From a virus (Duplodnaviria > Caudoviricetes), in the IMG/VR virus record IMGVR_UViG_3300043598_000016, positions 64 through 64,063 of that record: DNA of 64,000 nucleotides; one strand, 5' to 3'. The notes below the pieces were generated by a model. That model ran no database searches, was not told where the DNA came from, and saw nothing but the letters and a program-made list of their open reading frames with translations. This document shows positions 36,219 to 43,741 of the stretch, in pieces. Numbering within the stretch: position 1 is the stretch's first letter; each line of letters begins with the position of its first letter. The translations under genes were made by a program, and so were the position numbers.

Positions 36219-36971
36219 CTACTTGTCATCGGTCAACTGGGCGAGGATCCCGCCCAGCAGTGTTTTGATCTCATCCAGCTGCTGCTGAACAGGCTTGGCC
36301 CCCTTGGCGGGGACGGTCGGGGCGTGCCCGGGATCCGGCGCGCCGAGCGCGGCCAGGGTCTGATCGCGGGCATAGCCGAGGTCATCACGGCGCGCCAGGG
36401 TGGCCAGCTCGGCGCGGACTACCGCGCGCACCTCGTCCAGCGTGGCCATGATGTCGTCCCCCTCATCGGTGCTGGCGCCGGTGAGCCGAGCGCGCCAGGC
36501 GTTGTATTTGATCATCGCGTCATCGGCGTACCGCTCGGCCATCGGCCCCGAGCCGTTGTAGCTGCGGAACCCGGTGCGCGTCCCGCCGGCCCGGATCAAC
36601 CCGGCCAGCGCGCGGAACCCGACCGTCACGTTGGCCCGCCAGTCCCAGCAGCCGCCCAGCTGATCGGCCTGGTCCTGGTAGCCGCCGTAGGTCAGCTGGG
36701 CCGGGCCGCAGCCTTGGCGCCCGGCCCGGCCGGCGCGGACCGCCGTGCGGTAGGCCAGGTAGGCGGCTTGGGTGACCACGGCGCCCTTGGCGTAGGTGCC
36801 CGCCGCGACAACCACGGCGTCGCTGCCCCAGACGTTGCGGCCGCCGCCGGTTTCCTTCTGCAGCATGGTGGCGGCGGCGGCCAGGTCCAGACGCTCGGCG
36901 GCGGCCAGCTCCACCACCTCACTGGCCCGCAGGATCCCGCCGGCGGTGAGTACCTGGGCGGCGCTAGGCAT
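36219..36971 (-). CDS. endolysin (lysozyme-like/transglycosylase fold)
   Basis: Catalytic Glu in QKETGG, GPAQLT and YNGSG motifs; precedes holin. Confidence 0.78.
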   Translation of the reverse strand: MPSAAQVLTAGGILRASEVVELAAAERLDLAAAATMLQKETGGGRNVWGSDAVVVAAGTYAKGAVVTQAAYLAYRTAVRAGRAGRQGCGPAQLTYGGYQDQADQLGGCWDWRANVTVGFRALAGLIRAGGTRTGFRSYNGSGPMAERYADDAMIKYNAWRARLTGASTDEGDDIMATLDEVRAVVRAELATLARRDDLGYARDQTLAALGAPDPGHAPTVPAKGAKPVQQQLDEIKTLLGGILAQLTDDK

Positions 36972-37164
36972 CGTCGTCAGCCGTCCATGCCTCGGCGATG
37001 GCCCTGCTCACCGGGTACCACTTGCCACCGTCGTTACCGATGTCGATCGGATCGCCCGGGCCGAGCTTGGCGAACGAGTCCGCCCCGGTGGCGGTGAGCG
37101 TGGCGTACGCGCGCGCGCCACCGATCAGCGCGATGTAGTGCCTCACCTCGGCCGCGTCACCCAT
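36964..37164 (-). CDS. hypothetical protein
   Basis: 66-aa ORF overlapping the endolysin start. Confidence 0.55.
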   Translation of the reverse strand: MGDAAEVRHYIALIGGARAYATLTATGADSFAKLGPGDPIDIGNDGGKWYPVSRAIAEAWTADDDA

Positions 37165-37302
37165 GCTCGGCCCCGAGGTCCACCGGGCCGATGAGCACCT
37201 GCGCCGGGTCGCAACCGGCCCGCTCGGCGAGCTCGGCCACCAGGGCGCCGAGCAGCAGTGCCACCGCCAGCTCAGCCTCGGGGGACAGCTCGGCGCGGCA
37301 CA

Positions 37303-37683
37303 TCAGGACACCACCGCCGGGATCGGCCACGGCGGCACCGGCGCCTTACCTCGGCCGTCCCAACGCACCGCGTAGCCGGCGGCCAGCACCTTGGTGGCCA
37401 CGTCCACCCCATCGACCAGCCCGATACGCCCATCGAACCGGCCCGCGTACTTATCCACCTTGACCGAGTCGATGACCACCGAGGTGCCCACCGGCAGCAG
37501 CGTGGCCAAGTACTCCCGGGCATCCCGCCCACCCGGGGCGGCCAGCTCAATGGCGTTCACCCCGGCCAGGCGACAACTCAGCCGGACCCGGACGTAGAAC
37601 CCCAGGTCCAGGTCAACTATCACGGTGTCTCCGTCGATCACCCGAACCACGGTGGCCGGGAACCGCCAAGCGAGGGGTGCGAT
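37303..37683 (-). CDS. thermonuclease (SNase-like) protein
   Basis: VRVIDGDT..VDLDLGF...RLAGVNA.E...DKYAGR; track start GTG 37650, but GGAGG RBS points to ATC 37683. Confidence 0.85.
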   Translation of the reverse strand: MAPLAWRFPATVVRVIDGDTVIVDLDLGFYVRVRLSCRLAGVNAIELAAPGGRDAREYLATLLPVGTSVVIDSVKVDKYAGRFDGRIGLVDGVDVATKVLAAGYAVRWDGRGKAPVPPWPIPAVVS

Positions 37684-37725
37684 GAGAGCCTCCGGGAATC
37701 CTGGGGAGCGTCCGGGGGTGAGTGA

Positions 37726-37762
37726 GCGCTGGCCCCGGCCGGGGGGCTCACGGGGCCAGCGC
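37726..37762 (-). terminator. stem-loop, putative terminator
   Basis: GCGCTGGCCCCG / CGGGGCCAGCGC 12-bp stem, 30 nt after the 37793 stop. Confidence 0.55.
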
Positions 37763-37792
37763 GGCTCACATTGTTGACCTACCGCCCGAGGG

Positions 37793-38248
37793 CTACTCGG
37801 CCGGGGGCCCGTGGGTGAACTCCGGGTCCTCGGGCGCCGGCACCGGATCCCCGGGGGTGGTGTCGGTGGGATCCGCCGGTACCGGGTTGTCCGGGTCCGC
37901 GCCCATGTCGCGCAGCCTCGAGCCCAGCGCGGTGAAGCCAGCCACCGCCTCGTCTACCTGCGCCTGCAGCGCGGCGGCTTCCTCCGAGCCGGGTTGCGCG
38001 GCGGCCAGCGCGGCGGTCAGCTCCACGATCTTGGCTGTCTGCCGGTCCATCTTGTCGGCCACATCGTTGGTGGCGTCGAACACCTCAGCGACCAGATCCG
38101 TGATCTTGGACAACGTTCTCCCCATCCTTCGCAGTACTCGAGTGATTCGCTGCTCCACCGCCGCCAACTCGCTGCTGGTCGCCGGTCGATTCGGGTGGTA
38201 CTGGTACCACCGGGTGAGCGCCTCGGTGAGCCGTGGGTACTCGGCCAT
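37793..38248 (-). CDS. coiled-coil hypothetical protein
   Basis: AAAGGGG RBS before ATG 38248; heptad pattern. Confidence 0.65.
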   Translation of the reverse strand: MAEYPRLTEALTRWYQYHPNRPATSSELAAVEQRITRVLRRMGRTLSKITDLVAEVFDATNDVADKMDRQTAKIVELTAALAAAQPGSEEAAALQAQVDEAVAGFTALGSRLRDMGADPDNPVPADPTDTTPGDPVPAPEDPEFTHGPPAE

Positions 38249-38498
38249 CGCTGACCCCTTTCTGTCCGGGCACCTCGGCCAGCTCGGCAAACTCTTTGGC
38301 CTGGCTGGCCGCCATATGGATCAGGCATGGCCAACTCACCGCGCGGTTACTGGTGCTGCACGCCCGGCACCGTGAGGCCCGGTAGCGCCGATCCCGCAAG
38401 TGCTGATTCAAGGCCCGGACGTAACGCTGCTCGGCGAGCAGGAACGGCACCAGCTCGGGCACGTGAAAGGAGCTGTCATCGTGCCCGGTACCGGTCAT
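38085..38498 (-). CDS. hypothetical protein (CxxC...WPC)
   Basis: ATG just after the sortase stop; H...CRAC...WPC Zn motif; 3' part overlaps next gene. Confidence 0.55.
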   Translation of the reverse strand: MTGTGHDDSSFHVPELVPFLLAEQRYVRALNQHLRDRRYRASRCRACSTSNRAVSWPCLIHMAASQAKEFAELAEVPGQKGVSDGRVPTAHRGAHPVVPVPPESTGDQQRVGGGGAANHSSTAKDGENVVQDHGSGR

Positions 38499-38499
38499 C

Positions 38500-39111
38500 T
38501 CACCCCTTGGCCACCCGGGCGTACACGATGATCGAGTCCTGATAGGACCGGGCCCGGTGATTGAACGTCCCGCCACAGGTGATCAGAGTAAGGCCGGCCA
38601 CCGGGCTGTCCGCGAAAACTCGATCAAACGGGAACGCTGCCTTGGGCACCTCTTGGCGGCCGGTGATGGTGAACGCGCGCACCAGCCCGGCCCGGTCGGT
38701 GACCTCGATCCGCTGCCCGGTCCGGGCGGCGGCCAGCTGGCCGAACGCTCCCGGCGCGCCGGCCCAGTCCACGTGACCGACCATCACCGCCGGCCCGAGG
38801 TCACCCGGGGCGGGGGAGTAGCAGTACCAGCCGGCCAGCTGCGGCGCCCGATCGATCGGCACCAGGTCCATATCGGACTGGGCGGTCAACCCCACCCGGG
38901 TGACCTCCACCCCGACCCGCTGCGCCGGGAAGTAGAGCCGCATCGGATCCCGGGGCCCGTCCGGTTTCCGGGTGCAGTCCACCGGTAGCGGGGGCCGCCC
39001 AGCCGGATCAGAGCCCGAGCTCGGACCCGGCTGAGCGGCTTGACACCCGGCCAGCGTAGCTAGTGCCAGCAACGCGGTGGCCAGGGCCAGCCCTACGCCT
39101 CGAGCAGCCAT
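38500..39111 (-). CDS. class F sortase (lipoprotein-anchored)
   Basis: AGWY...PG..GPAVMVGHVD, GAF..L, catalytic LTLITCGG.F, SY.D..IVYA; lipobox LAGC. Confidence 0.92.
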   Translation of the reverse strand: MAARGVGLALATALLALATLAGCQAAQPGPSSGSDPAGRPPLPVDCTRKPDGPRDPMRLYFPAQRVGVEVTRVGLTAQSDMDLVPIDRAPQLAGWYCYSPAPGDLGPAVMVGHVDWAGAPGAFGQLAAARTGQRIEVTDRAGLVRAFTITGRQEVPKAAFPFDRVFADSPVAGLTLITCGGTFNHRARSYQDSIIVYARVAKG

Positions 39112-39707
39112 AACCGGGCCGCGTACACCGAGGCGGAAATTCCTACGCCCAGCAGCGCGTACAGCGCCATCGCGGGAGCAATGCTGCGGGTGGCCACGTC
39201 GCCGAGGTTCTCCGCCCCGGTCGGCTGGCGCGAGCCATCACCGGTCTCCGGGGCCCGGCGCGGCCGCAGTGGTACTTGGTAGCCGCCCGAGCTGGGCCGG
39301 CGCGAGCTCGGCGGGCTCGAGGGGGCTGGGCTGATAGTGATGTCCACCTGATCGCGGCAGAGCACGTCCACCCGGTCCTGGGCCAGCACCTGGGCGGCCC
39401 GCAACGAAAGCACCGCGCGGATCTTGACCACGGCCGCGTCATTGTCTGCCTTGGCGGTGCCCAGCAGCGCGGGCAGGCCGAGCCGGCGGGTGAGCTCGTC
39501 CACCGTGGTGGTCAGCCCCTCGGTGGCGGCCAGCGCATCGTTGAGGTCATCGGTCACGGCGCCGAGGTTGACCTGGGCATCGGCGCACACGGTGGCGGTC
39601 AGCGCCGGCGCGGCGTGCGCGAGCGGTACCGGGGTAAGCCAGGCGCCGCCGGCCAGCAGCATCGCGCCGGCGGCCAGCGCGATCGGCGCGGCGAGAGGAT
39701 GTCGCAT
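39093..39707 (-). CDS. secreted sortase substrate (APETG sorting signal)
   Basis: Sec signal ending AHA, helical domain bracketed by two Cys, P/S linker, QVPLRPRRAPETGDG, C-terminal TM helix. Confidence 0.78.
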   Translation of the reverse strand: MRHPLAAPIALAAGAMLLAGGAWLTPVPLAHAAPALTATVCADAQVNLGAVTDDLNDALAATEGLTTTVDELTRRLGLPALLGTAKADNDAAVVKIRAVLSLRAAQVLAQDRVDVLCRDQVDITISPAPSSPPSSRRPSSGGYQVPLRPRRAPETGDGSRQPTGAENLGDVATRSIAPAMALYALLGVGISASVYAARLWLLEA

Positions 39708-39909
39708 GGAGGGCTCCCTAGGTGGTCGGGGATTCACACCGATCTAACGAGAGCCACCCGGCCCCGTTACGCCTGATCAGGCCGGTGGTGGCGACACGGC
39801 GGACCAGCGGGGTGGTAACGGGGCCGGGCGTACTGCGCCTAACTCAGCCGGCGGACTCGGGCCCGGCTGCCCAACGGGGAGCGGAACACTGAGAATGCTG
39901 GCAGTGTTC

Positions 39910-41070
39910 TCAGCCCCCGAGCAATCCGCCGAGCAGCCCGCCATCGGTGGGCGGTGGCGCTGTTTCGGCTGGTGGTCCGTCCCCGGCGGCCGGCGGGGCT
40001 TCTGTGGTCGGTGCCGGCTGTTCGGCGGTAGGACTGGGCTGTTCGGCGGTAGGGGCCGGTGGCTCGGGCGACCCCCCACCTGATCCGCCCGAGCCGCCGG
40101 GGCATGAGCTGTCACCGGCCGGCGCGTGATCCTCGGCGCCGTCCGTGTAGACCACCACCGATTCGCACTCCCCGGCGTTGTTGCGTTGGAAGCGCGGCCC
40201 GGTGACGATGCCCCGCCCGGGCGCGCCGGGCGCCCCGTTCTCCCCGGCTGGCCCCCGGAACCGGTCCAGGTTGGCGGTGACATAGGCCGCGATGGCGGCG
40301 GCCACCTGCGCCTCGGTGACCACGCCCTGCGGCCCCATCGGCCCCCGGTACAGCTCAGGGTTGGCCTCGAGCACCGCCCGGGCGGCCAGGGTGACCGCCT
40401 CGAGTGAGGGGCGGTAGATGGCCGGGTGGGTGACGAAATAGTCCGCGATCAGCCGGGTGACCTGGGCATCGGTCGGCCCGGTGTCGATCGCGCTGGGCAC
40501 CTGATTGGCCTTGGCCGCCACGTCGCACGCGCCCCGGGCCTGCAGCTCATGGGCCAGCTGATCGGATCCCGAGCACATGGCCAGCACCTGGGACTTGACC
40601 GCGCCATCTTGGGCCTGGGCGTTCTCCACCGAGGTGGTGGTGGCCGGGCCGAGCGCGAACGCGGACAGCACGCCGAGGCCCAGCAACGCGGCGCCGGCGG
40701 CCATCACCAGCCAGCCCGGGAAATCCGCTGTCTTGACCTTGGCCCAGAGCCCGGCGGCGGCGGTGCTAATCCCAGTCCGTGCGGCGCTCACGCGGGAGGG
40801 GCCAGTCTTCTTCCGGCTCGCGGAGTCGGTGCCGCGAGGTTGCGGCGGCTGCTGGTGGCTGCTGAACCGCCGGCGGCGCGCCTTGGGATCCACCCTCGGG
40901 CGCCACGGCTGTTCGGGGATCCGCTCGGTGACCAGGGTCTGCTCGGGTGACTCGGACCTCGGCGCCGAGCTGGCCGACTGTTCGCTCTTGGCTGAGTCGG
41001 CTGACCGGTCTTTCCGGTGCCGCCTCGGGCGCGCGGTCGACTCTGTCCCGTTCGGGGTCTTGGCTGTCAT
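39910..41070 (-). CDS. membrane-anchored protein with collagen-like repeats
   Basis: One TM helix, Cys pairs, GPMGPQG and GPAGENGAPGAPGRG, Pro-rich tail. Confidence 0.7.
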   Translation of the reverse strand: MTAKTPNGTESTARPRRHRKDRSADSAKSEQSASSAPRSESPEQTLVTERIPEQPWRPRVDPKARRRRFSSHQQPPQPRGTDSASRKKTGPSRVSAARTGISTAAAGLWAKVKTADFPGWLVMAAGAALLGLGVLSAFALGPATTTSVENAQAQDGAVKSQVLAMCSGSDQLAHELQARGACDVAAKANQVPSAIDTGPTDAQVTRLIADYFVTHPAIYRPSLEAVTLAARAVLEANPELYRGPMGPQGVVTEAQVAAAIAAYVTANLDRFRGPAGENGAPGAPGRGIVTGPRFQRNNAGECESVVVYTDGAEDHAPAGDSSCPGGSGGSGGGSPEPPAPTAEQPSPTAEQPAPTTEAPPAAGDGPPAETAPPPTDGGLLGGLLGG

Positions 41071-41308
41071 CTTCGTCCCCTAGCTCGGGCATCGGCGGGG
41101 CGGTGAGCCCGTTGGCCGCCAGCAGCACCCGGACCCGGAATCCCCACCTAGTGACTAACGCGGCGTAGTCACGGAGGTCACGCACCTCCTCGGCCAGCTC
41201 CCGCTGCCGCTTGGACAGCCGGGCGCCCACGAACGCCATCACCCCGCCCAGGCCGGCCACCAGGGTGGTGAGCGCGGTCATCAGCTGAGTGAGATCCGTG
41301 GTGGTCAC
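40766..41308 (-). CDS. membrane protein (TM + coiled coil; possible lysis accessory)
   Basis: N-terminal TM then coiled coil; 3' 305 nt overlap the next gene. Confidence 0.6.
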   Translation of the reverse strand: MTTTDLTQLMTALTTLVAGLGGVMAFVGARLSKRQRELAEEVRDLRDYAALVTRWGFRVRVLLAANGLTAPPMPELGDEDDSQDPERDRVDRAPEAAPERPVSRLSQERTVGQLGAEVRVTRADPGHRADPRTAVAPEGGSQGAPPAVQQPPAAAATSRHRLREPEEDWPLPRERRTDWD

Positions 41309-41312
41309 TCGA

Positions 41313-42035
41313 TCATTGTGGGCGGCGGGTGGGGCGGCGGGTGGGCCGGCGGGTGGGCCGAGGTGGCCGGCGGTCATCGGACCCGGCCGGGTCCGGGCCC
41401 AGCAGCCGCTCGGCTAGGGCCTCGGCGGACTCCCGGGGCGGGATACCCGGGGTGTCCGTGGCGGCCTGCTCGGTGGCCGCGTCCAGGTCCACCAGCTGCA
41501 CCGTGTTGCGCCCGGCCCGGGCCGCCCGTAGGGCGTTGCGCCGGCGGCGGGTGAACTCCCGTTTAACCCGCATGTGATCCTCACTGACCGGCGCGGTGTC
41601 CCGAATGAATTGCAGCGGGTTCGCCGTGTCGGAGTTGGCGAGCCCGGTGGCTTCCCCAATGATCGCTCCGGGGGTGCGCCCAGGCCGACCGGTCAGCTTG
41701 CCTTTGCCGCGCCGCGCCTTGACCACCTTGAGCGCCGCTTTGCGGGCATCAGCGATGGTGGGTGCGTTGAGCAGGTGCTCGGGGTCGGCCAGCTGCGCCT
41801 CGCTGCTGGTGGCCAGGTACCGCTCATAGATCACCAGGTTGAGCACGTCATCCCACCCGACATCGGTGGATAGGTCGATGTCGTACTCGGCGGCCCGGGA
41901 CTCGAACGTGTCCGTGGGCATGATCCGCGCCATCATCTCGCTGGTGCCATCGTCATGGGTCAGCTCGAGGGTGAGGACATAGACCTGGATCGAGCCCAGG
42001 GTGGACAGTTCCGCGTGGTGCACCGTGACATCCAT
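41313..42035 (-). CDS. hypothetical tail-region protein
   Basis: 240 aa, coupled to the tail protein stop; RAAEYDID motif. Confidence 0.7.
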   Translation of the reverse strand: MDVTVHHAELSTLGSIQVYVLTLELTHDDGTSEMMARIMPTDTFESRAAEYDIDLSTDVGWDDVLNLVIYERYLATSSEAQLADPEHLLNAPTIADARKAALKVVKARRGKGKLTGRPGRTPGAIIGEATGLANSDTANPLQFIRDTAPVSEDHMRVKREFTRRRRNALRAARAGRNTVQLVDLDAATEQAATDTPGIPPRESAEALAERLLGPDPAGSDDRRPPRPTRRPTRRPTRRPQ

Positions 42036-43741
42036 CAGGTCAGCGGCATGCTGATTTCGGTGAGCGTGCGGAACGCCCAGCAGCGGATCTTGATTACCTT
42101 GCCCCCGGTGGGTAGCGCCGGGGTCTGGCCGACCGCCGCCGGGCTGGCCCCGTTGTTGTTCAGCCCGAACCGCACGCCGAACCCGGTGAGTGTGTTGGTC
42201 TCATCCCGGATCGAGTACATCGGGTTATTTGAATCGACCAGCCCGCATGACATTACCGGCGCCATGGCGCTGGCCATGGTGATGCCATAGTCCATGCTCA
42301 CCCCGGTGATCGCGGCGGCGGAGTTGTTGACCACCGAGATGTTCATCACCCAGACAGCCGTGTTGGCGTAAGGGAACGTGTAGTTCTCCCAGAATCCGCG
42401 CAGCTGCAGCAGCCCATCATCCCAGCTGAACAGCCCGATCTCGGCGCCGGCCTGGGTGGTGATACCGAAGTGCGCGGAGTCCTCGGCGAGGCGGACCCGG
42501 CCGCCTCGGGGGGTGGCGTCGTTGGCCGCGTCGGTGAGCCCCAGGAACGCGTCATCCGGACTCATCACCAGCCGGGGCGTGACGTTGGTCTGTACCGAGT
42601 TGATGGCCCGAATTTCAAGATTCACATCGTCCGGGAAGTCAAGCGGCTGATACGAAAACACCCGGGCGTATTTGGTCTCCCCGAGGCTGGGAAAGAATCG
42701 GATCTCGTTATCCGGGCCGGACAGCAGAATGCGCCGGCCCGAACTGCCGGTCTGCACCGACACATCGGCCAGCACCTCCCCGGCGCGGATCTTGTCGGCG
42801 GTGATCGCGCCGGCCGCAATGGCGCCGGCGGTGACCGAGTTGACGGCGATCTTCTCCGCCGTGATGGCCAGCGCCAGGATTTTCTCGGCGGTCACCGCGC
42901 CGGCGGTGAGGTGCTCGGCCGAGATGGCCTCGGCCGCGATGTTGATGGCCTGGATGGCCTGCGCCGCGATGGCCAGCGCGGTCACCGAACCGGCGCCGAG
43001 GTGCCCGGCCGCGATGGCCCCGGCGATCAACTGCTCTCCGCCCACGCTGTTGGCGGCCAGGTGGGCCAGGTCTATCACCTGCTCGCCGATCTGGATGGAG
43101 CCCACCGCGCCGGCGGCGATCTTGGCCTGGGTGACCGCGTCGGTGGCCAGCTGCAGCTCGCCGATGGCGCCCTCGAGAATGTCCGCGCCGACCACCGAGG
43201 TGGGCGTGGCGGTGACCGGCTCGCTGTAATCGGACTCGGTGCCGGACATGTTCACCGAGGACAGCCAGATCCGGTACGGCTTGGCCTCGAGCCCGGAAAT
43301 CACCAGCATGCTCGGGTTGAGCCCGATCACGTTACCGACTACCACGCCTTCCTCAACCGGGCCCTCACCACCCGGGATGCCCTTGGCCAGCCACACGTTG
43401 GTGTGGCTGTAGTCCCACATCCAGCGCCCGGTGCTGGGCCCGTGTGTCTCCACCTTGAGCGTGCCGAACCCGGGCACCACGGTGGGCGCGGCCGGGATGA
43501 TCGGCGGGGTGGGATTGTTGACCACCCGGCCCCCGACGTACGACCCGTCCTCCTGCTTGCCGATGATCGCCCTAGGGTTGCCGTTGGCGTCGTAGACCAC
43601 CATCGAGCCGTCCTCGATGGACGACTGGCCGAGCTGGGTGGTGTTGGCGCCGAGCTCGAGGGATTCCACCCGGCGCTGTAGCCGGGCCAGCTCGGCGGCC
43701 ATCCCGGCGGTGGCCCTGGCATCAGCCTCAGCCGTGGTCAT
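42035..43741 (-). CDS. minor tail / central fibre protein
   Basis: FN3-like domain followed by 10-aa (I/L)AAGA(V/I)TAxK repeats. Confidence 0.8.
   Translation of the reverse strand: MTTAEADARATAGMAAELARLQRRVESLELGANTTQLGQSSIEDGSMVVYDANGNPRAIIGKQEDGSYVGGRVVNNPTPPIIPAAPTVVPGFGTLKVETHGPSTGRWMWDYSHTNVWLAKGIPGGEGPVEEGVVVGNVIGLNPSMLVISGLEAKPYRIWLSSVNMSGTESDYSEPVTATPTSVVGADILEGAIGELQLATDAVTQAKIAAGAVGSIQIGEQVIDLAHLAANSVGGEQLIAGAIAAGHLGAGSVTALAIAAQAIQAINIAAEAISAEHLTAGAVTAEKILALAITAEKIAVNSVTAGAIAAGAITADKIRAGEVLADVSVQTGSSGRRILLSGPDNEIRFFPSLGETKYARVFSYQPLDFPDDVNLEIRAINSVQTNVTPRLVMSPDDAFLGLTDAANDATPRGGRVRLAEDSAHFGITTQAGAEIGLFSWDDGLLQLRGFWENYTFPYANTAVWVMNISVVNNSAAAITGVSMDYGITMASAMAPVMSCGLVDSNNPMYSIRDETNTLTGFGVRFGLNNNGASPAAVGQTPALPTGGKVIKIRCWAFRTLTEISMPLT

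Noticed and set aside
39910-39990. C-terminus of the collagen-like protein as a second sortase substrate
   Set aside because: PPTDG is not followed by a full TM helix or charged tail, and the protein is anchored N-terminally.
42780-43190. 30-bp periodic repeats as a CRISPR-like or DGR element
   Set aside because: They encode the 10-aa AGA(V/I)TAxK fibre repeat; no spacers, and no reverse transcriptase in the window.
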